DNA of 13,433 bases from Candidatus Altiarchaeota archaeon (GCA_043813075.1 JBDRLL010000030.1:1-13433), one strand, 5' to 3'; counted from the first letter of the stretch, positions 1-7,914 are shown. Notes: generated from the letters alone by a model not told the origin. A program made the numbers and translations.

Positions 1-2
1 TT

Positions 3-83
3 GGAAAGGACACCAGAGGCGGTAGGCTGCAGTATGTTTACTCGCTTTCAGACCCAGTTAGGCGTTTTCTGGCTGAAAAATAG
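3..83 (+). CDS. 3' end of a gene truncated by the window edge; possibly a winged-HTH transcriptional regulator
   Basis: Frame 3 reads GKDTRGGRLQYVYSLSDPVRRFLAEK* (TAG 81-83). GR-x-x-YVYSLS resembles the wing hairpin of archaeal wHTH proteins. Only 26 codons are visible. Confidence 0.4.
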   Translation, partial: GKDTRGGRLQYVYSLSDPVRRFLAEK

Positions 84-223
84 GTTTTTAACATCATTTA
101 GACTAATGAGTATGTGAGAAGACCATCAGATGATTAGTGACCCCCAACCCCCAATATTAATGGGTTTAAAGCACCCAGGAGAACCACACAGAAATATTAC
201 CAAAAAATAACCAAAAAGACATA

Positions 224-231
224 TTTAAATA
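224..231 (+). promoter_or_regulatory. TATA box of the RHH gene
   Basis: TTTAAATA preceded by an A-rich tract (AAAAAGACATA), ending 26 nt before ATG 258. Confidence 0.6.
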
Positions 232-257
232 ATAATAGACTAATATATGAGATAGAT

Positions 258-419
258 ATGAGTAAGAAGATTATGGTGACTTTAACGGACGAGCAGTATG
301 AAAAACTAAGGAAGTCATCAGCATTGGGAGAGACTGATGCGGAAAGACTCAGAAACTCATTCCTCATATACGACTCTCTTAAAGACCTCCTAGAGGTGAT
401 AAACAAGCTCAAGGAGTAG
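258..419 (+). CDS. Ribbon-helix-helix (CopG-like) DNA-binding protein, 53 aa (not in ORF track)
   Basis: Manual translation: MSKKIMVTLTDEQYEKLRKSSALGETDAERLRNSFLIYDSLKDLLEVINKLKE*. An alternating beta strand (KIMVTL), helix, G-x-T turn and second helix are typical of RHH proteins; a TATA box lies upstream. Confidence 0.8.
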   Translation: MSKKIMVTLTDEQYEKLRKSSALGETDAERLRNSFLIYDSLKDLLEVINKLKE

Positions 420-425
420 TGAAAA

Positions 426-1727
426 CTAGATTTCAACAAATTTATCGAAAGGAACCGTCCGATCAGTTATCTCACCAGCAATATTCTGCAACATCAACGC
501 CTTAGACTCCTCAACATCCTTAGAACGACCTAAAACCCACATCATCTTGACGTAAGCGGTCTCAGGGAGCATATCCTCACAATATACGACGCCACGAGAG
601 GACACCTCCCTTAGGTTACTGTATACATGAGGGTTAACCCGCCCATAAAGGCATTGCGTAGTCATTGCCACTAGAACCCCTGAATCCACCATTTTCTCGA
701 TTTTTGGTATTAAAGAGCGTTCCTTGATGGTCGTGGGGACATGACCCAGAGCAGTGCCTTCAATAACAACACCCTTGACGCCATTATCGAGGAGATAATC
801 GAATATTCCAGGTTCCACACCAGGATATGCCTTCACAAGGGCGACATTCTCTTCAATCCTGGAATCTACGGTAACCCTCGAAGAGCCACGGAGAGGAGTG
901 TTTTTAGATAAGAACTCCACCCGCCCGTCAGAGTGTATCCTGGCCAAGGGGCTTGAATTTATGGACTGGAAGGCGTCTCGGCGGGTAGTGTGCATTTTAC
1001 GGACTTTAGTGCCCAAATGAGCCAGACAATGGGTGTCAGACATGCTGCCATGCATTACAAGATATACGCCAGAAACGTTAGACGTGGCGTAGGATACCGA
1101 ACACAACAGATTCAGGAAAGAATCCGCGGAACCCCTGTCAGTCGACCTCTGGGCGCCAGTGAAGACAACAGGCTTCGAAAGGCCTCGCAGTAGGAATGAG
1201 AGGGCGGCTGTGGAATAATGCATTGTGTCCGTTCCGTGCGTCACAACAACACCTTCAGCGCCGGAATTAAGCTCTTCAGCCACACTCACCGCCAAATCGA
1301 CCCACAAAGTAGGGTTCATGTCCTCACTCATGACATTCATCACAGATTTGGCCCGGATATTGGCGATATTTGATATTTCAGGCATTGCCTCAAGAAGCTC
1401 TTCAGCAGTAAAAGAAGCGTTAACACCCCCTGTCTGGTAATCCACTTTGGAGGCTATCGTACCCCCAGTGGACAAGATAGATATCACAGGCTTTGACGCG
1501 TCATGTTTTAAACCGGGCTTAGCAGTCGATTTCGGCTTTTTAACGGCCTCCAAGACCTTTAAGCTAGTTATTTCACTTGTTTTTATGCCGATGTTGTAGC
1601 CGTTGTCTAATTTCAACGTCAAGTATCCGGGGTCTGCGAGGTCAGGACGCTGCATCACAATACCAGTATATGCCCTGCCAGCAAGCCTTAGCTCAACCCT
1701 ATCCCCAGACCCGTATTCAACAGTCAT
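426..1727 (-). CDS. gatD: Glu-tRNA(Gln) amidotransferase subunit D
   Basis: N-terminal GatD domain (LKLDNGYNIGI), asparaginase motifs STGGTIAS and THGTDTM, plus GAQRSTDR and KVRKMHTTRRDAF. Confidence 0.96.
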   Translation of the reverse strand: MTVEYGSGDRVELRLAGRAYTGIVMQRPDLADPGYLTLKLDNGYNIGIKTSEITSLKVLEAVKKPKSTAKPGLKHDASKPVISILSTGGTIASKVDYQTGGVNASFTAEELLEAMPEISNIANIRAKSVMNVMSEDMNPTLWVDLAVSVAEELNSGAEGVVVTHGTDTMHYSTAALSFLLRGLSKPVVFTGAQRSTDRGSADSFLNLLCSVSYATSNVSGVYLVMHGSMSDTHCLAHLGTKVRKMHTTRRDAFQSINSSPLARIHSDGRVEFLSKNTPLRGSSRVTVDSRIEENVALVKAYPGVEPGIFDYLLDNGVKGVVIEGTALGHVPTTIKERSLIPKIEKMVDSGVLVAMTTQCLYGRVNPHVYSNLREVSSRGVVYCEDMLPETAYVKMMWVLGRSKDVEESKALMLQNIAGEITDRTVPFDKFVEI

Positions 1728-1757
1728 TTTAGGTTAGTTTAATCATCGGTGATGTGG

Positions 1758-1773
1758 GTTATATACTTAAATA
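1758..1773. promoter_or_regulatory. Back-to-back divergent TATA boxes for gatD and the DUF1610 gene
   Basis: TATATAAC on the minus strand (1758-1765) and CTTAAATA on the plus strand (1766-1773) lie in the 69-bp divergent gap, flanked by the inverted repeat AATCAT (1741-1746) / ATGATT (1774-1779). Confidence 0.5.
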
Positions 1774-1796
1774 ATGATTGTGCATATATTTAGACC

Positions 1797-1970
1797 ATGT
1801 CTAGTAAAAAGTCCGTTAAGAAGTGCAGTTCATGTGGCACGGAAGTCTTGAAAAACTACAGTGAATTCAAGTGCCCTAAATGCGGGGAGAAGGAGATCAT
1901 CAGATGCGACCCCTGCCGGAAACTTGGGATAGCATACAAGTGCGATAAATGCGGTTTGGAAGGACCTTAG
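1797..1970 (+). CDS. DUF1610 / HVO_2753-like Zn-ribbon protein, 57 aa (not in ORF track)
   Basis: Manual translation: MSSKKSVKKCSSCGTEVLKNYSEFKCPKCGEKEIIRCDPCRKLGIAYKCDKCGLEGP*. Four CxxC pairs with the family pattern F-x-CP-x-CG...I-x-RC-x-x-CRK...Y-x-C-x-x-CG-x-EGP. Confidence 0.92.
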   Translation: MSSKKSVKKCSSCGTEVLKNYSEFKCPKCGEKEIIRCDPCRKLGIAYKCDKCGLEGP

Positions 1971-1978
1971 TCGTGCAG

Positions 1979-2557
1979 ATGAAACTGATGGTATTAGACC
2001 CTGAAAAGCCGAGCGATACCAGCATATCTGAGGTAGTTGATGTTCTTTCCATGGAGGGTGTCATAGTATACCCAACAGACACTGTTTATGGGTTAGGATG
2101 TGTTTTAGAGAAGAATCCTGTAGCGAGAGTGTATGAGATGAAAGGCCGTCCTGAAGGCATGCCATTATCCATAGCCTTCAGCGACATGAAGATGGTTAGG
2201 CACTACACGGTGTTGGGGGAGGGAGAGGAACAATTCATTGATGAACACTACAGAGACCCGCACACATTCATCGTGCATAAGAACAGTAGAATACCCGACT
2301 TCGTGACCGCTGGTGGGAATACTGTTGGAGTGAGGATACCGGACAATGAAGTGTGCAGGAGGATAATCAGACGGCTGGGGGAACCGATAACCACCACCAG
2401 CGCAAACATTTCAGGCAGGATGCCGCCAGCAAGCATGGGGGATTTGAGCAGGGAAATAGCTGACGCGGTGGACCTGGTTGTCGACTCCGGCGCATGTGGT
2501 AGCGGCACCCCATCAAGGATAATCGACCTCACAGAAAGAGGGAGAGTAGTGAGATAG
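1979..2557 (+). CDS. tsaC: L-threonylcarbamoyladenylate synthase (short TsaC/YrdC type, no SUA5 C-domain)
   Basis: Motifs YPTDTVYGLG, K-G-R-P, VGVRIPD, TTTSANISG and PSRIIDLT. Start moved from 1949 to ATG 1979, just after the DUF1610 stop. Confidence 0.93.
   Translation: MKLMVLDPEKPSDTSISEVVDVLSMEGVIVYPTDTVYGLGCVLEKNPVARVYEMKGRPEGMPLSIAFSDMKMVRHYTVLGEGEEQFIDEHYRDPHTFIVHKNSRIPDFVTAGGNTVGVRIPDNEVCRRIIRRLGEPITTTSANISGRMPPASMGDLSREIADAVDLVVDSGACGSGTPSRIIDLTERGRVVR
2195..2208 (+). repeat. Dispersed 14-bp motif, copy 1 (GTTAGGCACTACAC), inside tsaC
   Basis: Read directly; 13/14 identical to copy 2. Confidence 0.65.
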
Positions 2558-2588
2558 ATTTAACGCCACATACAGATATTATAGCAGG

Positions 2589-3110
2589 ATGAAGTGGAGT
2601 GCATGCGCCATAGGAACCATCATTTTTCTCCTCACAACAACAGTAAACGCCGATGACCTGCTAAACATCTCGGTTAACATAAACGGGGATGACGCGTCAA
2701 CAAAGATACCAAAAGCGTATACTGGGGAAAGTGCTAGCGTGAGAATAGTCCTCGAAACCCCTGAAGAAGGGGTGAGGATAAACGACATTTCATTCGCATC
2801 ATACCCCGGGGCGGTGGGCATAGTACTGAACAATGCTGTAAGGAAGAGCATTGAATTCCCATACACGACCGGGCCAGACACCATAAAAAACGATGTGTAC
2901 CTGCCATGGTACCTGCCAGAGGGATTATATGAGATAACCATAAACACCCACTACACACACGACTATTCCAGGGGCAGGAACACATACCGCATGCGGATCA
3001 TGGTCATGTCCGGCGGATGGACTTCAAGGATACTCGGATGGATAGCCTGGTTTCTCCCAGACCTAGTGACAAAAAAGATTATCGAGGTACTACTCCTTAT
3101 TTTTGGTTGA
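2589..3110 (+). CDS. Hypothetical exported protein with signal peptide and hydrophobic C-terminus
   Basis: N-terminus MKWSACAIGTIIFLLTTTVNA-D looks like a signal peptide. The core appears beta-rich (LPEGLYEITIN) and the C-terminus is hydrophobic. Overlaps cutA convergently by 21 bp. Confidence 0.7.
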   Translation: MKWSACAIGTIIFLLTTTVNADDLLNISVNINGDDASTKIPKAYTGESASVRIVLETPEEGVRINDISFASYPGAVGIVLNNAVRKSIEFPYTTGPDTIKNDVYLPWYLPEGLYEITINTHYTHDYSRGRNTYRMRIMVMSGGWTSRILGWIAWFLPDLVTKKIIEVLLLIFG

Positions 3111-3413
3111 GTATGATATCCAGTCGAGATAGCTCGGATGGCCGTGGGAGATTTCAACAGAGATTATCTCAGGGCATTCATAGGAGTGCTCCTCCAGTAT
3201 CCTAGAGAAAGCAGCGTCAATGCGTTGGCGTGTCGTCTTACACAACAGCAAGTATTCCTCTGAATGCTCTAACCTACCATCCCACACATATGTCGAATAC
3301 ACTGGGAAATAGTTCACACACGCCACAAAACCACCTTTAACCAGAATGTCAGAAATCCTCACTGCCTCGTCTCGCCCAGACACCGTAGTGTGGATAAGAT
3401 AGTAATCTCCCAT
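3090..3413 (-). CDS. cutA: Divalent-cation tolerance protein CutA
   Basis: ACVN...S-x-Y-x-W-x-G, E-x-LLLCKT, HSYECPEI and YLDWI motifs. Confidence 0.95.
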   Translation of the reverse strand: MGDYYLIHTTVSGRDEAVRISDILVKGGFVACVNYFPVYSTYVWDGRLEHSEEYLLLCKTTRQRIDAAFSRILEEHSYECPEIISVEISHGHPSYLDWISYSTKNKE

Positions 3414-3414
3414 G

Positions 3415-4257
3415 CTAACCAGTGAAGTCCATGCTGAAATCCAACGCCACCGCAGAGTGTGTGAGACGGCCTATTGAAATCCAGTCCACATCAAGACGAC
3501 CGTAATTCCGTATATTACGCAGTCTTATGCCGCCAGAGACCTCTATGAGAACCTTCCTCCTAAGCCCCCTCACCTCCAAGTCGGAGAGTATTTTACGTAT
3601 CTCCCTAGGACGCATGTTGTCCAGCATTATAACATCGGCACCGGACTCAGCAGCCTTCAACGCATCCGCACGATTAGACACCTCAACCTCCACCTTAGCC
3701 TTCAACCTGGCGTTAGAGGCAGCAGACAATGCCCTTTCAACATCATTATCAAACAGTATCAGGTGGTTGTCTTTGATCAGCACCATGTCGTAGAGGCCCA
3801 TCCTATGGGTGAGCCCTCCACCGACAACAACCGCCTTCTTCTCCAAACAGCGTATGAGGGGGGTTGTCTTCCGGGTCGCAGTCACCCGCGCCCTGGATTT
3901 CACAGAATTTAGGGCGTCAACGTATTTCCTCGTAAGTGTTGTGATCCCACTCATCCGGGAGAGTATGTTCAACGCAGTCCGTTCTATGAGGAGTATGTCA
4001 TGAGCATTCCCGTATAAACGGAAGACCACCATATCCTTTGAGACACGGTCGCCGTCAGACACCATTGGATTCGATTTTACATTGTATTGTTTGAAGAGCG
4101 CCTGGAGTTCATCAATACCTGAGACGTAGCCAGAATCCTTAGAACGTATTACTGCCCGAACCTTCGGGTTCGGGGTGAAAGAGGAGGTTAAGTCCCCAAG
4201 ACCCACATCCTCGCCGATCATGTCTTTCAGAAGCGTCCCTATGCTTCTGTCATTCAT
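3415..4257 (-). CDS. nadC: Nicotinate-nucleotide diphosphorylase (quinolinate phosphoribosyltransferase)
   Basis: ED-x-G-x-GDLTS, ERTALN, TRKTTP, HRMGLYD-x-x-LIKDNH, EVEV, IMLDNM and EVSGGI motifs. Confidence 0.96.
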   Translation of the reverse strand: MNDRSIGTLLKDMIGEDVGLGDLTSSFTPNPKVRAVIRSKDSGYVSGIDELQALFKQYNVKSNPMVSDGDRVSKDMVVFRLYGNAHDILLIERTALNILSRMSGITTLTRKYVDALNSVKSRARVTATRKTTPLIRCLEKKAVVVGGGLTHRMGLYDMVLIKDNHLILFDNDVERALSAASNARLKAKVEVEVSNRADALKAAESGADVIMLDNMRPREIRKILSDLEVRGLRRKVLIEVSGGIRLRNIRNYGRLDVDWISIGRLTHSAVALDFSMDFTG

Positions 4258-4532
4258 TCTGCTATTTCCTTGCGCCCCCTCGACGGGGAGGGAATCTTGT
4301 GCACGAGGATTATGTCACCAACTTCCGCAACCTCCTCATAGGGGATGCTCTCATCCCGGAGTATCCTCCTGACCTCCTCACCAGAGGGCGAGGACCCCTT
4401 GAAAGACTGCAGACTCAAACGCATAATCTCCCCCTTCTCAAGGTTTAATATGACATCCTGCACCCTCCCGACAAACTGTCCCTTGGTAGTGTAGATGTCC
4501 ATCCCATACAACTCAGATAATCGCTTACTCAT
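4254..4532 (-). CDS. PRC-barrel domain protein (resembles archaeal cell-division CdpB family)
   Basis: LSELYGMDIYTTKGQFVGRVQDVILN...IPYEEVAEVGDIILV is a PRC-barrel pattern. Start at ATG 4532 (GGTG upstream) or 4544; overlaps the nadC start (ATGA). Confidence 0.88.
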   Translation of the reverse strand: MSKRLSELYGMDIYTTKGQFVGRVQDVILNLEKGEIMRLSLQSFKGSSPSGEEVRRILRDESIPYEEVAEVGDIILVHKIPSPSRGRKEIAE

Positions 4533-4566
4533 GTGAAACACCATTTAATGTTAAGTATTTCATTCA

Positions 4567-4580
4567 GCTTATTTATAAGC
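4567..4580 (-). promoter_or_regulatory. Palindrome overlapping the TATA box of the PRC-barrel-nadC-cutA unit
   Basis: GCTTAT-TT-ATAAGC is a perfect 6-bp inverted repeat; the minus strand reads TTATAAATA, about 25 nt upstream of ATG 4544. Confidence 0.45.
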
Positions 4581-4693
4581 AAATTAGTTAAAAAAACAGG
4601 TTTAAACAATAGGGGAGGGGGGTGAGTTCCAGTATTAACCGGGGTTTGGGAGCGTATTTAATCTTTAAGAGAGTATAATCTATAGGGAGGAAG

Positions 4694-5674
4694 ATGCCGG
4701 AAACAAGTATAGTAGCATTTGCGCTGGGATTTCTGGTGGTGGTGGTGACCGCCTTCAAGTCCATAGTCGTGGTAAGACCCTACGAGAAGGGGGTTGTAGA
4801 ACGCATGGGGAAATACAATAGGACCCTTGGTTCTGGCCTAAACATAATACTGCCGTTCATGGAGTCGGTCTATAAGGTGGATATGAGGGAGGCGTTGATA
4901 GATGTTCCATCCCAGGAAGTGATAACCAAGGACAACGTAAACATAAGCGTTGACGCAGTAATCTACTTCAAAGTCACAGACCCCTTCAGAGTCATGTACA
5001 ACGTAGCTATGTTCGAGGACGCTGTCAGCAAGCTCGCTCAGACAAACTTGAGGAACATAATCGGAGAGCTCGGGCTTGACGAAACGCTCGCCTCAAGAGA
5101 CAAGATAAACATAGAATTGAGGAAGATACTTGACGAGATAACAGACAAGTGGGGCGTCCGCGTAACCCGCGTGGAGATACAGGATGTGGAACCACCAAAG
5201 GACATTGTTGACGCCATGAGCAGGCAGATGAAGGCGGAGCGTACGAAGAGGGCTTCCATACTCGAGGCAGAGGGAACAAAACTGTCGGAGATACTGAGGG
5301 CTGAAGGCAAGAAGCAGTCAGAGATACTCGATGCAGAGGGGAAAGCCATCGCAATAGAGCGTGTTGCAGAGGCTGAGAAGAAGAAGAAGTCCCTGCTAGC
5401 CCAGGGAGAAGCAGATGCTATAGGCAGGGTATTCACTGCCATACACGACGGGAAGGCGACCAAAGACATACTCACCATAAAGTATCTGGAGGCCTTGGAG
5501 AAGATGGCTGACGGGCAGGCCACAAAGATATTCATGCCCTTCGAGACCAGCGGCCTTTTAAGCGGAGCCGCGGTAATGGGTGAGATGTTCAGGGAGGGGG
5601 GGATGCCCAAGCAGATAGAGGCCATTAAGAAGCCCAAGAAAGACGTGCCTGCGGGAGCAGAAGACAAAAGATAG
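4694..5674 (+). CDS. SPFH/band 7 (stomatin/QmcA-like) membrane protein
   Basis: N-terminal TM helix; motifs VVERMGKY, QEVITKDN, AQTNLRNIIG, WGVRVTRVEI and QMKAER; AEG coiled-coil repeats; GGGAGG ribosome-binding site. Confidence 0.95.
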   Translation: MPETSIVAFALGFLVVVVTAFKSIVVVRPYEKGVVERMGKYNRTLGSGLNIILPFMESVYKVDMREALIDVPSQEVITKDNVNISVDAVIYFKVTDPFRVMYNVAMFEDAVSKLAQTNLRNIIGELGLDETLASRDKINIELRKILDEITDKWGVRVTRVEIQDVEPPKDIVDAMSRQMKAERTKRASILEAEGTKLSEILRAEGKKQSEILDAEGKAIAIERVAEAEKKKKSLLAQGEADAIGRVFTAIHDGKATKDILTIKYLEALEKMADGQATKIFMPFETSGLLSGAAVMGEMFREGGMPKQIEAIKKPKKDVPAGAEDKR

Positions 5675-5687
5675 TTAGGCACTACAT
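5674..5687 (+). repeat. Dispersed 14-bp motif, copy 2 (GTTAGGCACTACAT), between the SPFH stop and the KaiC-like start
   Basis: Read directly; begins at the last base of the SPFH TAG. Confidence 0.8.
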
Positions 5688-5697
5688 TGGTGGTATT

Positions 5698-6414
5698 TTG
5701 GTTAAGGAAAAACTCAACACAGGAATCAGGGAGCTGGATGAGCTGCTTGGGGGAGGGATCCCAAGAGGGCATGTTGTTCTCCTATCAGGCTCATGTGGGA
5801 CAGGCAAGACAATACTCTCACACCAATTCCTGTTTGAAGGCGCTAAAAAGGGGGAATCAGGACTATACATATCGCTTACTGAACCCTCAGGCATGATAGA
5901 GGAGAACCTGGAGGAATTCAGCTTCTATGATAAGAAATACGTTGACGAAGGCCTTGTGAACATAATAGACGTTGAAGAGGAATGCATCCTAGGCAATCTG
6001 AGCGAGAGAACCCCAGAATACCTGGTAAAGACCATAAGCGACGTGATAAACAACAAAAACAGGAGGAGGATAGTCTTAGACTCTGTGACAGCCCTGGCAG
6101 ACGACATAGAGGATGAAGCCATGCTGAGAGACTTCCTGCTATCCTTAAGGAGGAAGCTGATGAAGGAGAGGTCCACGCTAATACTGATTTCAGAGATTAA
6201 GCCAATGACATTTGAATACAGTAAGTATGGTGTTGAAGAGTTCGTTTCAGACGGGGTGATAATGCTGTCTGAGCTGGAGAGGAAGGGAGACCTGATACGG
6301 ACCCTCCAGGTCATAAAAATGAGGGGGATAGATCACAGCCGGAACAAGCAGGTGATGAAGATAATGAAGGAGGGTATTGTCCTAAACCCCATATTCAAGT
6401 CAGACTTAGACTGA
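5698..6414 (+). CDS. Single-domain KaiC/RAD55-like RecA-superfamily ATPase
   Basis: TGIRELDELLGGGIP, Walker A GSCGTGKT, Walker B RIVLDS, YGVEEFVSDGVIML and IKMRG. TTG start with GGTGGT upstream. Confidence 0.92.
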   Translation: MVKEKLNTGIRELDELLGGGIPRGHVVLLSGSCGTGKTILSHQFLFEGAKKGESGLYISLTEPSGMIEENLEEFSFYDKKYVDEGLVNIIDVEEECILGNLSERTPEYLVKTISDVINNKNRRRIVLDSVTALADDIEDEAMLRDFLLSLRRKLMKERSTLILISEIKPMTFEYSKYGVEEFVSDGVIMLSELERKGDLIRTLQVIKMRGIDHSRNKQVMKIMKEGIVLNPIFKSDLD

Positions 6415-6455
6415 CCTTAGACATAGCATGAACAAAAATAATAGAAAGTATATAA

Positions 6456-6488
6456 GAAAAAATTATAATATATAAGCTAATCTTATAT
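6456..6488 (-). terminator. Putative terminator of the ferredoxin gene
   Basis: Inverted repeat ATATAAG/CTTATAT (6470-6488) directly after the stop, followed on the minus strand by a T6 run. Confidence 0.35.
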
Positions 6489-6489
6489 C

Positions 6490-6693
6490 TTATTTGGATT
6501 GTCCTAGCTTTATGGCCTCTACAGGACATGAAGCAACGCACGCACCGCATTCAATACATGCTTCTGGATGCTTTACCACAGACTTTTTCCCTTCTTCCTT
6601 GTCGACAAGCTCGAAGACTGTCGGGGAAGCAGGGCAGACTGACACGCAGGCCCCACATCCAGTGCATTTCTTTTCATCAACAATTGGTGGCAT
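6490..6693 (-). CDS. 2[4Fe-4S] ferredoxin
   Basis: Two CxxCxxCxxxCP motifs (CTGCGACVSVCP, CIECGACVASCP); strong AGGAGGT ribosome-binding site at 6701-6707. Confidence 0.95.
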   Translation of the reverse strand: MPPIVDEKKCTGCGACVSVCPASPTVFELVDKEEGKKSVVKHPEACIECGACVASCPVEAIKLGQSK

Positions 6694-6759
6694 TCTAGTA
6701 ACCTCCTTAGTTAAAAAGTAGAAGTAAATAATAGAATACTCCTATAAAAAAGAGAAGAA

Positions 6760-7908
6760 ATGGATGTGTACTTGGATCACGCGGCAACCACGCCAGTAGA
6801 TGGTTCTGTTGTAAAAGCAATGCTGCCGTATATGACGGAGAGATACGGGAATGCTTCAAGCCTCCATAAAAAGGGGAGGGAAGCTAGGGATGCGTTAGAG
6901 GCGGCGAGGAAGACTATTGCAGGCAGGATAAACGCCTCCCCTGAGGAGGTAATATTCACGTCAGGCGGGAGCGAGTCAGACAACCTGGCGCTAAAGGGGG
7001 TGGCTTACAAGAGAAAGGAGGGGGGAGGGCATTTGATAACCAGCAGGATAGAACATCCAGCAGTTTTAGAAACATGCCGGCGTCTGGAGGTAAAAGGGTT
7101 TAATGTAACCTACCTTGACGTCGACGGGGAGGGTTTTATCAGCCTGGCCGATCTGGAAGACAGCATAACAGAAAAGACGGTTATGGTGTCAGTAATGCAT
7201 GCAAACAATGAGGTGGGGACCATAAACGACATAAAGGCTATAGGTGGGTTGTGCCATGAGCGTGGGGTGCTTTTCCACACCGACGCAGTGCAAAGCTTCA
7301 CTAAGACAGAGATAGATGTGAAGAAGCAGAATATAGACCTCGCTTCCTTCTCATCCCATAAGATACATGGACCCAAAGGAGTGGGAGCCCTATACGTCAG
7401 GGAGGATCTAAAGAACAGGATTGAACGCCAGATTGATGGAGGGGGCCATGAATACCGGCTTAGGGCGGGAACAGAGAATGTTGCAGGAGCAGTGGGTTTC
7501 TCGCATGCAACCAACCTGATAACGAAAGAGGATGTGAGGGGAATGAGCGGACTCAGAGACAAGATAATACGAGAGTTAACAAAGCTCCCGGAATCGCATT
7601 TAAACGGGCCTGAGGGGGATAAACGGTTGTGCAACAACGCGAACATAAGCTTCTACAACATTGAGGGGGAGTCCCTGCTATTGATGCTTGACTCTCTGGG
7701 AGTGCAGGTATCAACAGGTTCGGCGTGCTCAAGCGCAAGCCTTGAGCCAAGCCATGTGTTGACTGCGATGGGCAGACGACCAGAGCAGTCTCATGGTTCC
7801 ATACGCATAAGCTTGGGTAGGGAAAACACTGAGGAAGAAGTAGATTACGCCATAGACGCGATAGGGGGGGTGGTTCTTAAACTAAGGGCGCTAAGCCCAC
7901 TAGTCTAA
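6760..7908 (+). CDS. iscS: Group I cysteine desulfurase (IscS/NifS)
   Basis: YLDHAATTP, FTSGGSESDN, HTDAVQ, PLP-lysine motif SSHKIHGPKG and catalytic STGSACSS. Confidence 0.95.
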   Translation: MDVYLDHAATTPVDGSVVKAMLPYMTERYGNASSLHKKGREARDALEAARKTIAGRINASPEEVIFTSGGSESDNLALKGVAYKRKEGGGHLITSRIEHPAVLETCRRLEVKGFNVTYLDVDGEGFISLADLEDSITEKTVMVSVMHANNEVGTINDIKAIGGLCHERGVLFHTDAVQSFTKTEIDVKKQNIDLASFSSHKIHGPKGVGALYVREDLKNRIERQIDGGGHEYRLRAGTENVAGAVGFSHATNLITKEDVRGMSGLRDKIIRELTKLPESHLNGPEGDKRLCNNANISFYNIEGESLLLMLDSLGVQVSTGSACSSASLEPSHVLTAMGRRPEQSHGSIRISLGRENTEEEVDYAIDAIGGVVLKLRALSPLV

Positions 7909-7914
7909 TCCACA

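Noticed and set aside
56-66. Partial motif matches: AGTTAGGCG near 56, AGGCACTGC near 751(-), GTTAGGCG near 8776(-), AAGATGGTTAGG near 10176(-)
   Set aside because: Each matches only part of the 14-mer, and all lie inside CDS where GTT-AGG (Val-Arg) or similar codon pairs can explain them.
197-439. 80-aa minus-strand ORF
   Set aside because: Antisense shadow of the RHH gene and its AT-rich promoter; no recognisable motifs.
5038-5772. 244-aa minus-strand ORF and the other long antisense ORFs (e.g. 7110-7646, 7961-8425, 11513-11995, 12406-12852)
   Set aside because: They fully overlap well-supported genes on the opposite strand and have the Ser/Phe/Ile-rich or motif-free composition typical of shadow frames.
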